A stretch of 64,000 nucleotides of DNA from Gaiellaceae bacterium (GTDB taxonomy: Bacteria > Actinomycetota > Thermoleophilia > Gaiellales > Gaiellaceae), in the NCBI GenBank assembly GCA_035624425.1, contig DASPRN010000087.1, positions 184-64,183 on the forward strand, read 5' to 3'. A program made the position numbers and the translations under genes. Positions within the stretch are counted from its first letter, which is position 1, and every line of letters starts with the position of its first letter. Positions 20,022 to 28,746 of this stretch are shown piece by piece. Under the pieces are notes generated by a model. It made no database searches and was not told where the DNA came from. It worked only from the letters and a program-made list of their open reading frames with translations.

Positions 20022-21047
20022 GTGAAGGTTGGGATCCTCACCGGCGGCGGCGACTGCCCCGGCCTGAACGCGGTCATCCGGGCGGTCGCGCGACGCTCGC
20101 TCTCCCGCGGCCACGAGGTCGTCGGCATCCGGGCGGGCTGGCGCGGGCTGGTCGACGGCATGTTCGAGGCGCTCGGGCCGCGCGAGATTTCCGGCATCCT
20201 GCCGCGGGGCGGGACGATCCTCGGCACCTCGCGCACGAACCCCTACAAGCTCGACGGGGGAGTCGAGGCGGTGCTCGGCCACCTCGAGCGCGAAGGGCTC
20301 GACGCCCTTGTCGCGATCGGCGGCGAGGACACGCTCGGCGTCGCGGCGCGGCTGCACGCCGAGCACGACTTCCCGGTCGTCGGCGTCCCGAAGACGATCG
20401 ACAACGACCTCTCGGGCACCGACTACACCTTCGGCTTCGACACGGCCGTCTACATCTGCACCGAGGCGATCGACCGGCTGCACACGACCGCCGAGTCGCA
20501 CAACCGCGTGATGGTGCTCGAGGTGATGGGCCGCCACACGGGCTGGATCGCAGTCGTCAGCGGCATCGCCGGCGGCGCGGATGTGATCCTGATCCCCGAG
20601 CACCCGGTTTCGATCGAGGACACGTGCGAGGAGATCCAGAGCCGCCACCGCCGCGGCAAGGACTTCTCCATCGTCGTCGTCTCCGAAGGCTACGAGCTCG
20701 AAGGGGCCGCGGACGAGGGCGACCTCGACCAGTTCGGCCACGTGCGGCTCTCGGAGCGCGGGATCGGGGCGCGCATCGCACACGAGATCGAGCAGACGAC
20801 CGGATTCGAGACCCGGGTCACCGTCCTTGGTCACGTGCAGCGCGGCGGCTCCCCCACCCCTCGCGACCGCGTGCTCGCGACACGCTACGGGCTGAAGGCC
20901 GCCGACCTCGTCCACGAGGGCCGCTTCGGCCGGATGGCCGCGCTGCGAGGCGACGCGATCGTCGACGTCTCGCTCGAGGAGGCGACCGCCGAGCTGAAGA
21001 CGGTGCCGGACGACTGGTATGACGTGGCGCGCGCGTTCTTCGGCTGA
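20022..21047 (+). CDS. pfkA: 6-phosphofructokinase (ATP- or PPi-dependent)
   Basis: MKVGILTGGGDCPGLNAVIR plus GIPKTIDND-type motif (GVPKTIDNDL). GTG start. Confidence 0.9.
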   Translation: MKVGILTGGGDCPGLNAVIRAVARRSLSRGHEVVGIRAGWRGLVDGMFEALGPREISGILPRGGTILGTSRTNPYKLDGGVEAVLGHLEREGLDALVAIGGEDTLGVAARLHAEHDFPVVGVPKTIDNDLSGTDYTFGFDTAVYICTEAIDRLHTTAESHNRVMVLEVMGRHTGWIAVVSGIAGGADVILIPEHPVSIEDTCEEIQSRHRRGKDFSIVVVSEGYELEGAADEGDLDQFGHVRLSERGIGARIAHEIEQTTGFETRVTVLGHVQRGGSPTPRDRVLATRYGLKAADLVHEGRFGRMAALRGDAIVDVSLEEATAELKTVPDDWYDVARAFFG

Positions 21048-21063
21048 GTTCGGCGCCTCAGGG

Positions 21064-22425
21064 CTAGAGCTCGGCCAGAGGAAACGACCTGTGGCTCCGC
21101 GGTGGGACGAGGAAGTTCTGCCGGTGCGTCGTGTGCAGCACGGAGTTGATGCCCTGGGGCCTCGAGCCGGGTGCCAGCCGCAGGCGCGTGCCGTCCGGCA
21201 GGACGCCGTCCATCGCCAGCCGGTTGCGGTGGAAGTCGTCGCTCGTCGGGTTGAAGACGACGAAGTGCACGCCGGCCGACGGATGGTGGTCGACGCCTGC
21301 CGGCCGCCAGAAGAACGGGTTGTCGAGCGTGTTGAAGTCGGCGCGCTGCGGGATCGCGGTGCCCTTGAGGTAGACCGTTCCGTCCGGGCCGACGACATCG
21401 GCGGGCAGGCGTGACGTCGGCTGGATCGAGGCGCTGTGGCCGATCCGCCCGAGGCGGCGGAAGTCGCGCTCGACCTCCGCGGCCCCGGCCGCCGCGGTCG
21501 GCCCCTGCGGGACGGTCTGCTCGTTCTCGCGCACGTGGAGGCCGGGCCGGAACACGGTGTCTACCCGCTCCTGGAAGTCGAAGTTCAGGTACCACGCCTC
21601 CAGGTCCTCGAAGATGTGCGAGAGGTGCATGTGGGTGCCGCCGTGGAAGTAGCCGCCGGCGGCGTCCGTGTAGCCGAGCGTCTCGAGGTTGGCGATCCGC
21701 CCGGGCCCAAGGTTGGCCGCCTGGGTCGAGGTGAAGCCGAGGAAGAGCTCCGAGGTGTCGGGGATCAGGTCGGCGCCGTGCACTCCCGCGGCCATCGCCA
21801 TCTGCTTCGGCAGGCTCCGCTGTCCGCCGAAGCCGCCGCCGGCGAAGCCCTTGCGGATGCTCGTGGGCTCGAGCACGCGCAGGTCCTGGAAGAGCGCCTT
21901 GGCGCCCGCGGCGAGGTGGTCGAGCGAGTCGCTGCGCAGGAGAACGGCGACGTCGTTCTCCTCGAGCGTCGTCGAGCGCGGGTCGCTCGGGAAGCGGATC
22001 GCCGGCAGCAGCGCCGGCTTGCCCGCCCGGCGGTCGTGTGGGCCGTGCTTCGCCCACGCTTCGGGCACGTGGCGCTCGAAGTACGGCAGGCCCCAGGCGA
22101 CCGTGACGCCGAGCCCCGCCGGGGTGGGCGCGAAGCGGCGGTCGAGCCCGGCCAGCGCGTCCTCGAGATCCCGCTGGGCCGCGCGCAGGTCGCTCGTCCG
22201 AACGGTGGCCGTCACGACCTGGTGGTGCAGCGGCGGCACGATCACGGCCACGCCGTTGTCGCGGACGACCTGGAGCCCTTCGAGCAGGTGCTGCTCGGCC
22301 GGCAGCCCGCTCGCCGCCGTACGGGTCGGGGAGGTGGTCAGCTGGTCGACGAGCTCGTAGATCCCGGCCGCCCCGAGCGCCCCCGCGGCCGCGCCGGCGA
22401 GGAATCCCCGGCGGGTGGTTCCCAT
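21064..22425 (-). CDS. Dyp-type peroxidase family protein with twin-arginine signal
   Basis: Start ATG 22425 gives MGTTRRGFLAGAAAGALGAAG (Tat motif). The C-terminal half resembles Dyp/EfeB. The track extension to 23076 is Arg-rich and overlaps the upstream gene. Confidence 0.6.
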   Translation of the reverse strand: MGTTRRGFLAGAAAGALGAAGIYELVDQLTTSPTRTAASGLPAEQHLLEGLQVVRDNGVAVIVPPLHHQVVTATVRTSDLRAAQRDLEDALAGLDRRFAPTPAGLGVTVAWGLPYFERHVPEAWAKHGPHDRRAGKPALLPAIRFPSDPRSTTLEENDVAVLLRSDSLDHLAAGAKALFQDLRVLEPTSIRKGFAGGGFGGQRSLPKQMAMAAGVHGADLIPDTSELFLGFTSTQAANLGPGRIANLETLGYTDAAGGYFHGGTHMHLSHIFEDLEAWYLNFDFQERVDTVFRPGLHVRENEQTVPQGPTAAAGAAEVERDFRRLGRIGHSASIQPTSRLPADVVGPDGTVYLKGTAIPQRADFNTLDNPFFWRPAGVDHHPSAGVHFVVFNPTSDDFHRNRLAMDGVLPDGTRLRLAPGSRPQGINSVLHTTHRQNFLVPPRSHRSFPLAEL

Positions 22426-23021
22426 CAGGCCCCGGGCGCGACCAGGACGAGGTCGCGCAGCATCCTCTTCAGGTCGACGACGACCTGCTCGTAGCTCAGC
22501 GGCGCGGCCACGTGCTGGCTGAGCGTGTACAGGGAGCCCTTCCGGTGCCAGGCGAGGAGCACGTGCCACTGGTCGGCGCCCTGGTTGACCGTGTAGACCG
22601 TCGCGTCGATGCCGTTCGCGCGCAGCTGGCCGCGCGGGTCGGCGAAGCAGGGGAGCGTTCCCTTGCCGACGGGGGCCGGGCACTTCGGGATCCTCGTCCG
22701 GCCCGGATAGCCGCGCAGGTTGACGTGCAGCTCGCCGCTGCCGTGCTCGAACCAGATGAACCCGACGAGGTAGCTCCGGTCCGGGGAGACCGAGTAGATG
22801 TTGTTCCACTGCCCCTTGATCACGCCGTTGAGCGGGTCCGGCATCCAGCGGGGGCAGTAGACGGGCGCGTGGATGCTGTCGGCGAGTTGCTGCCAGCCCC
22901 TGGCCGCCGGGCAGGCCGGCTTCGCCTTGACCGCCGCGCCCGCGCGGCCGCCTCCATCGCTGCAGCCCGCGAGGGCGAGCGCCAGCGCGAGAAGCGAGAG
23001 TGCCCCTGCGACCCGTCTCAC
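22425..23021 (-). CDS. Putative lipoprotein, no domain recognised
   Basis: GTG 23021 gives MRRVAGALSLLALALALAGCS (lipobox). GTGA overlap upstream and ATGA overlap downstream. GC3-rich frame. Confidence 0.55.
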   Translation of the reverse strand: MRRVAGALSLLALALALAGCSDGGGRAGAAVKAKPACPAARGWQQLADSIHAPVYCPRWMPDPLNGVIKGQWNNIYSVSPDRSYLVGFIWFEHGSGELHVNLRGYPGRTRIPKCPAPVGKGTLPCFADPRGQLRANGIDATVYTVNQGADQWHVLLAWHRKGSLYTLSQHVAAPLSYEQVVVDLKRMLRDLVLVAPGA

Positions 23022-24250
23022 GGGGAGAAATGGTAGACGGCAACCCAGGGACCCGCATAGCGGCCCCCGGGCGCAACGTAGAAGATCCGCCTCGTCCGCC
23101 GCAGCGACTCGTAGAAGCGGGTCTCGCCCGGATAGTCCTCGCGGGCGGCGAGGACGCGGTCGGCGATCGCGCCCGTGACGACGGCGTAGCGAACGCCCTC
23201 TCGCCGGAGGCGGCCGACGTTGCGATTCGGGTCGGCGTGGGGCTCCTGGGGCAGCGGGAGCGCGAGCTTCAGCACGCGGAAGCCGGCGAATGGCGGCAGC
23301 GACGAATCGGTGGCCAGCCGGGCGCCGTGCGGCAGGTGGCTCTCGATCCAGCGGTGCGCGACGACCCTCGTGTCGGTCTTCGTCAGCGTCCGTGCGTCGC
23401 GGATCGACCAGGTCAGCGGCACCACCAGCAGGAGCAGGGTGACGGGCGCCAGGCCGCGCATCCTCCCCGCCAGCGCGCCGAGCGCCGGCAACAGCGGCAG
23501 AACGTAGCGGTCGAAGTGCGCCCCGAGCGTGCAGAGGTCGAGGAAGTAGACGACTACGAAGGAGCCGAGGATCAGATCGGCCCGCCGGCGCTGGACGAGC
23601 GCGACCACGAGGCCGATCACGCAGACGATCAGCGCCGGCCCGAGGCCGTGCCACAGCCTCGCCACGAACGCGATCGGGGCGACGTGGTCGTGCTCGAAGC
23701 CGAGCCAGCCCTCGCGCGCGAGCTTTTGCACGCGGTAGGCGTCGCCGACGGCGCTCTCGAAGTGCACGAGGAAGAACGGGCTCGTCGCGCAGAAGCCGGC
23801 GACCGCGAGCCCGAGCCCGATCGCCAGCCGACGCGGCTCCCGCCACCCGGCGACCGCCAGCGGGACGAGCAGGAAGATCCCCGGATACTTGATGCTCGTG
23901 GCGAGGCCCGCGACGAGCCCGGCGAGCTCGATCCGGCCGGCGACGAGCAGCGCGAGCGAGACGGCCACGGCGAGGGTGAGCGGCACGTCGGTGACGGCCA
24001 TCCGCGAGTAGGCGACCTCCGTGGTCTCGACCGCGACGAGCGCAGCGGCCACCGCGCCGGCCGGGCCGCCGTATGCGCGGCTCCCGAGCCACCAGGCGGC
24101 GGCGACGGCCCCGAGCGCGAGCACCAGCACGACGAGCCGGCCCGCGAGGTAGGACGGCGAGCCCTCGAAGCTCTGGAACGGCGCCAGCAGGTAGAGGAGG
24201 AGGCTCGGGTAGTCGAACCAGTGCGGGTCGAGCCCGCCGCCGTGGACCAT
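23018..24250 (-). CDS. GT-C fold membrane glycosyltransferase (ArnT/PMT-like, GT39/GT83-type); true N-terminus probably further upstream
   Basis: Polytopic protein with KYPG and a C-terminal soluble domain. The conserved first TM helix and PDEQN loop are encoded in frame upstream of the first canonical start (see finding). Confidence 0.6.
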   Translation of the reverse strand: MVHGGGLDPHWFDYPSLLLYLLAPFQSFEGSPSYLAGRLVVLVLALGAVAAAWWLGSRAYGGPAGAVAAALVAVETTEVAYSRMAVTDVPLTLAVAVSLALLVAGRIELAGLVAGLATSIKYPGIFLLVPLAVAGWREPRRLAIGLGLAVAGFCATSPFFLVHFESAVGDAYRVQKLAREGWLGFEHDHVAPIAFVARLWHGLGPALIVCVIGLVVALVQRRRADLILGSFVVVYFLDLCTLGAHFDRYVLPLLPALGALAGRMRGLAPVTLLLLVVPLTWSIRDARTLTKTDTRVVAHRWIESHLPHGARLATDSSLPPFAGFRVLKLALPLPQEPHADPNRNVGRLRREGVRYAVVTGAIADRVLAAREDYPGETRFYESLRRTRRIFYVAPGGRYAGPWVAVYHFSP

Positions 24251-24407
24251 GTGCCAGGCGCGCGGGACGATGTTCTGCTCGTCCGGGCTGAAGAGCGGGA
24301 AGGGGCGGCCGTAGCCGATCCCGACGATGCGGAGGGCGGCGGCGGCGCCGAGGATCGCGACGAGCGCGAGGCGGGGGCCGCCCCAGACACTCTCCGGGCG
24401 TTTCGTC

Positions 24408-24995
24408 TCAGACCTCGGGCGGCGGCTCGCCGGCCAGACCGGTGAGGTTTCGAGCGTCGACGATCACGGCGTCGACACCGGCGCGCTCGAGCTCGTCGAC
24501 CTCGTGGCGCCCCGCGGCGTTGAGCTCGGCGACGGCGAGCTTCCCGGCGGGCACGTCCGGCAACAGCTCGAGAGCACCGTCGAGCGGCCCGCCGTCGCCT
24601 TCGCCCTCGCTCGAGAGCAGCAGGATCTCGGGGTCGATCCGCTCAAGCGCCCGCTCCAGCTCCTCTTCGCTGCTGACCTCGACCACGCAATCGAGCCCGA
24701 GCGCGAGCGCCTCCCGGTGAAGCCGCTCGAGGTCGCCGTCCTCCTCGTCGAAGCCCATGGAGACCACGCAGGCATCGGCGCCGGCCTGCTCGGCGGACTC
24801 GGGAGCGCCGGGCGGCCGCCAGAGCACCGGCAGGGCGGTCACCTCCCCGAGCCCTTGGATGGGAAGGCTGACGACCAGCGCCTCGGCGCCCTGCTCCTCG
24901 GCGTCGCGCGCCGACTCGAGGTCGCCGACGAGGGCGACGAGCGAGATCCCGTCCCCTTCCGAGATCGCCTGGCTGAAGCGGCGCGCGCCGGTCAC
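24408..24995 (-). CDS. TrpC (indole-3-glycerol-phosphate synthase)-like TIM-barrel protein, catalytically degenerate
   Basis: GADACVVS..LGLDCVVEVSSEEELERALE..ILLLS..AGVDAVIV matches the IGPS beta/alpha pattern. The EvK and NNR motifs are replaced. Start uncertain: GTG 24995, TTG 25007 or GTG 25031. Confidence 0.4.
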   Translation of the reverse strand: MTGARRFSQAISEGDGISLVALVGDLESARDAEEQGAEALVVSLPIQGLGEVTALPVLWRPPGAPESAEQAGADACVVSMGFDEEDGDLERLHREALALGLDCVVEVSSEEELERALERIDPEILLLSSEGEGDGGPLDGALELLPDVPAGKLAVAELNAAGRHEVDELERAGVDAVIVDARNLTGLAGEPPPEV

Positions 24996-25046
24996 AGGAA
25001 GTTGCAATTCTGGCGCAAAGCCGTCACACACGCGCGCGGCTTTCGC

Positions 25047-25089
25047 CGATACGATCGCCTCGGGGAGGAGGTTGGGTGTGCCGTAAACA
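25047..25089. repeat. 43-nt conserved element, copy 1
   Basis: CGATACGATCGCCTCGGGGAGGAGGTTGGGTGTGCCGTAAACA; 42/43 identical to copy 2. Confidence 0.85.
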
Positions 25090-25114
25090 TGGCGGCCGAG
25101 CCTTCGTGTCGGGG

Positions 25115-25912
25115 TCAGACCCCGATCGGGTGCCAGACGGTCTTCAGCTCCAGGAAGCCTGCGATCTCCCACGGGCTCTGGTCGTCCGGCGCGCCGTGAA
25201 CGACGCGCTTGACGTTCTCGGCGGCGAGCTCCTCGAGCTCGGGCAGCTGCCCGTCCGCGCCGGAGACGTCGAGCGCGTTCACGTCCATGTGCCCGGCCAG
25301 TACCGGCGCCAGCTCGTCCCGGCGGCCGGTGAGGATGTTGACAACGCCACCCGGGACGTCGGCGGTCGCCAGCACCTCGGCCAGCTCTATCGCCGCCAGC
25401 GGGTGCGGCTCCGAGGCGACGACCACGACCGCATTGCCACCGACGATCGCCGGTGCGACACGCGAGACGAGCCCCGCCAGCGCCGGCCCGGGCGGCGCCA
25501 GGATCCCGACGACGCCGGTCGGCTCCGGCACCGTGAAGTTGAAGTACGGGCCCGCGACCGGGTTCGACGAACCGAGCACCTGGGCGAGCTTGTCGGCCCA
25601 GCCCGCGTACCAGACGACGCGGTCGATCGAGCGCTCGACCTCTTGCGGCCCCGAGCAGAGCTCGGCGAACTCGGCGCGCCGGGCCTCCATCATCTCGGCG
25701 ACCCGGTAGAGCACCTGGCCGCGGTTGTACGCCGTCGTCCCGGACCATTTGCCGAAGGCGCGCCGGGCCACGCGCACCGCGTCGCGCAGGTCCTTGCGCG
25801 AGGCGCGAGCCACGTTCTGCCCCTCGGCCTCGTAGGTGCGCCCGGACTCCGAGCGTGGGAACTCTCCGCCGATGAAGAGCTTGTAGGTCTTGCGGACGGG
25901 CAGCCTGCTCAC
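25115..25912 (-). CDS. Aldehyde dehydrogenase-like protein, half length (no catalytic domain)
   Basis: YKLFIGGEFPRS..GVVGILAPPGP..GGNAVVVVASE..PGGVVNILTG aligns to the ALDH NAD-binding half. It ends after NVKRV with an ELKTVW tail; no ELGGK or catalytic Cys motif. GTGA overlap with the upstream gene. Confidence 0.65.
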   Translation of the reverse strand: MSRLPVRKTYKLFIGGEFPRSESGRTYEAEGQNVARASRKDLRDAVRVARRAFGKWSGTTAYNRGQVLYRVAEMMEARRAEFAELCSGPQEVERSIDRVVWYAGWADKLAQVLGSSNPVAGPYFNFTVPEPTGVVGILAPPGPALAGLVSRVAPAIVGGNAVVVVASEPHPLAAIELAEVLATADVPGGVVNILTGRRDELAPVLAGHMDVNALDVSGADGQLPELEELAAENVKRVVHGAPDDQSPWEIAGFLELKTVWHPIGV

Positions 25913-26343
25913 TCGGCCGCCCCTGCGTATACAGGCGCGCCGAGCTGCTGCATCAGCCCAAGGTCGTCGCGGTGGTTCCAGATCTCTACGACCTTCCCGT
26001 CTGCGAACCGGAAGACATTGATCCCCGAGAACCGCATCGACCGGCCGCTCGGTTCGACGCCGGCCCAGGGGCCGAGATGCGTCCCCGTCGCCGTCCAGCG
26101 CCCGGCGACGAAGTCGCCGTCACCGAGGACGAAGTCGATTTCCCAGGTTAGGTCAGGGAATGCCGCGCGAAATGCGGCCGCGATTTGTTTCTGGCCCTCG
26201 GGGCCAGGCACCGGATCTCCTTCGCGCAAGTCGTGGCGCTCGTATTCGTCGGCGAACAACTCGTCGGCGACATCCAGGTTGCCGCGCGCCCATACCTCCT
26301 CGTAGAAGCGGCGGACCAGAGCCTTGTTTGCCTCCTCGCTCAC
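25909..26343 (-). CDS. SnoaL-like / ester cyclase family protein
   Basis: VSEEANKALVRRFYEEVWARGNLDVADELFADEY..VEIW is a typical NTF2-like ester cyclase. GTG 26343 overlaps the ALDH stop as GTGA. Confidence 0.7.
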   Translation of the reverse strand: MSEEANKALVRRFYEEVWARGNLDVADELFADEYERHDLREGDPVPGPEGQKQIAAAFRAAFPDLTWEIDFVLGDGDFVAGRWTATGTHLGPWAGVEPSGRSMRFSGINVFRFADGKVVEIWNHRDDLGLMQQLGAPVYAGAAE

Positions 26344-27809
26344 TCGAACCTCAGGTACGGCTCCAGACCGTGGCGGCCGCCCTCGCGGCCGAAGCCCGAC
26401 TCCTTGTAGCCGCCGAACGGCGAGGCCGGGTCGAAGCGGTTGTAGGTGTTCGCCCAGATCACCCCGGCGCGCAGGCGCTGCGCCATCGAGAGGATCCGCG
26501 AGCCCTTCTCCGTCCAGACGCCGGCCGAAAGCCCGTACGGCGTGTTGTTCGCCTTCTCGACCGCCTCGTCCGGCGTGCGGAAGGTCAGCACCGAGAGCAC
26601 CGGCCCGAAGATCTCCTCCTGCGCGATCCGGTAGCTCTGCGCGACGTTGGTGAAGACGGTCGGCACGAACCAGTAGCCCTTCTCCGGCAACCGGCAGGGC
26701 GGCTGGTAGATCTCGGCTCCCTCCTCCTCCCCGCTCTTGACGAGCTCGGTGATCTTCTCGAGCTGCTGGCGAGAGTTGATCGCGCCGACGTCGGTGTTCT
26801 TGTCCAGCGGATCGCCGACGCGCAGGGTCGTCAGCCGCCGCTTCAGCTTGTCGACCACGTCCTCGTAGACCGACTCCTGCACCAAGAGGCGCGAGCCGGC
26901 GCAGCAAACGTGGCCCTGGTTGAAGTAGATCCCGTTGACGATGCCCTCGACCGCCTGGTCGAGCGCGGCGTCGTCGAAGATCACGTTCGCGGCCTTGCCG
27001 CCGAGCTCGAGCGTCAGCTTCGTCCCGGTGCCCGCAAGACGGCGCTGAATCGCCTTCCCGACCTCGGTCGAGCCGGTGAAGGCCACCTTGTCGACCTCGC
27101 TCTCGACCAGCGCGGCGCCGGTCGAGCCGTCGCCGGTGACGATGTTGACGACGCCCGGCGGCAGCTCGGCCTGGCGGAGGATGTCGCAGAAATGGAGCGC
27201 GGAGAGCGGCGTCGTCTCGGCAGGCTTGAGCACGACCGTGTTCCCCGCGGCCAGGGCCGGTGCGATCTTCCAGGCCAGCATCAGCAGCGGGAAGTTCCAC
27301 GGGATGATCTGCCCGGCGACGCCGAGCGGCCTGGGCGTGCGGTTCGGGAAGGCGTACTCGAGCTTGTCCGCCCAGCCCGCGTAGTAGAAGAAGTGCGCCG
27401 CCGCGAGCGGCAGGTCGACGTCGCGCGACTCGCGGATCGGCTTGCCGCCGTTCAGCGACTCGAGCACCGCGAACTCGCGCGCCCGCTCCTGCAGGAGCCG
27501 CGCGATCCGGAACAGGTACTTCGCCCGCTCGGAGCCGGGCAGCGCCGACCAGCCGTTGTCGAACGACTCGCGCGCGGCGCGCACCGCGAGCTGCACCTCC
27601 GCCTCGGTCGCCTGGCCGACCTCCGCCAGGGCTTCCTCGCTCGACGGGTCGATCGTCGTGTACGTCTCCTTCGGCTCGAGCCATTCGCCGCCCACGAAGA
27701 GGCCGTAGCGCTCGCGAAGCGTGACCAGGTCTCGCGACTCGGGCGCGCTCGCGTACTCCCAGCCGGCCGGGATCGGCGCGCGGTCCCCGGTGCGCTCGAG
27801 CTCAGTCAA
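26340..27809 (-). CDS. NAD(P)-dependent aldehyde dehydrogenase
   Basis: Full-length ALDH with LELGGKA and FNQGHVCCAGSR (catalytic Cys context). TTG start overlaps the deoC stop. Confidence 0.9.
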   Translation of the reverse strand: MTELERTGDRAPIPAGWEYASAPESRDLVTLRERYGLFVGGEWLEPKETYTTIDPSSEEALAEVGQATEAEVQLAVRAARESFDNGWSALPGSERAKYLFRIARLLQERAREFAVLESLNGGKPIRESRDVDLPLAAAHFFYYAGWADKLEYAFPNRTPRPLGVAGQIIPWNFPLLMLAWKIAPALAAGNTVVLKPAETTPLSALHFCDILRQAELPPGVVNIVTGDGSTGAALVESEVDKVAFTGSTEVGKAIQRRLAGTGTKLTLELGGKAANVIFDDAALDQAVEGIVNGIYFNQGHVCCAGSRLLVQESVYEDVVDKLKRRLTTLRVGDPLDKNTDVGAINSRQQLEKITELVKSGEEEGAEIYQPPCRLPEKGYWFVPTVFTNVAQSYRIAQEEIFGPVLSVLTFRTPDEAVEKANNTPYGLSAGVWTEKGSRILSMAQRLRAGVIWANTYNRFDPASPFGGYKESGFGREGGRHGLEPYLRFE

Positions 27810-28740
27810 TCGTGAAGTAGTCCGGGCTCTGGTAGCGGCCCGTCTTCTCCTTCCGGATCTGCATGAGGATGTCGTTCAGGAGCGAGCTCGCCCCGAACCG
27901 GTAGAGGTCGGGCGTCAGCCAGTCGACCCCGAGCGTCTCGTGCGTGAGCACCAGGTGCTGGACGGCCTGCTTCGCGTTGCGGATCCCGCCGGCCGGCTTG
28001 AAGCCGACGCGCTTGCCGGTTTCCTCGTAGACGTCGCGGATCGCCTCGAGCATCACCAGGGCCACCGGCAGCGTCGCGGAGCTCGAAAGCTTCCCGGTGG
28101 AGGTCTTGATGAAGTCCGCTCCGGCCGCGATCGCGAGCAGCGAGGCTCGGCGCACGTTGTCGTAGGTGCCCAGCTCTCCTGTCTCCAGGATCACCTTCAG
28201 GTGCTTGCCGGCGCAGGCCTCTTTCACGCGGACGATCTCGTCGTAGACCTTGGCGTAGCGGCCGGCGAGGAAGGCGCCGCGGTCGATCACCATGTCGACC
28301 TCGTCGGCGCCCTGCTCGACGACCCAGCGGACCTCGTCGAGCTTCGCTTCGAGCGGCGACTGGCCGGAGGGGAAGGCCGTCGCGACGGACGCCACCTTGA
28401 CACCGCTGCCGCGCAGGCGCTCGACCGCGATCGGCACCAGGTTCGGGTAGATGCAGAGCGCGGCGACCGACGGCACGCTCGTGTCGGAGGGATCTGGCCG
28501 CACCGCCTTGGAGGCGAGCGCGGCGACCTTGCCGGGCGTGTCGGAGCCCTCGAGCGTGGTCAGGTCCGTCATCCGCACCGCCAGCTCGAGCGCGAAGACC
28601 TTCGACTCGCGCTTGATCGAGCGCTTGGCCAGCGTGGCGGCCCGCTCCTCGACGGCGACCTGGTCGATCGAGCCGATCCGCGGGAGGCGCGGCTCGAGTG
28701 GGAGCTCGAAGCCGGTGGGCAGCGCAGGCGCCTGGGCCAT
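27802..28740 (-). CDS. deoC: Deoxyribose-phosphate aldolase (long form)
   Basis: FIKTSTGK Schiff-base lysine motif, DMVID, and ALCIYP. Confidence 0.88.
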   Translation of the reverse strand: MAQAPALPTGFELPLEPRLPRIGSIDQVAVEERAATLAKRSIKRESKVFALELAVRMTDLTTLEGSDTPGKVAALASKAVRPDPSDTSVPSVAALCIYPNLVPIAVERLRGSGVKVASVATAFPSGQSPLEAKLDEVRWVVEQGADEVDMVIDRGAFLAGRYAKVYDEIVRVKEACAGKHLKVILETGELGTYDNVRRASLLAIAAGADFIKTSTGKLSSSATLPVALVMLEAIRDVYEETGKRVGFKPAGGIRNAKQAVQHLVLTHETLGVDWLTPDLYRFGASSLLNDILMQIRKEKTGRYQSPDYFTID

Positions 28741-28746
28741 GCGCTG

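Noticed and set aside
25031-25089. The 43-nt element as the coding N-terminus of the TrpC-like gene (VYGTPNLLPEAIVSAKAARV..), since both copies translate identically on the minus strand.
   Set aside because: In copy 2 the same frame has no start codon after the preceding stop and ends after 29 codons. Identity of translation follows trivially from 42/43 nucleotide identity.
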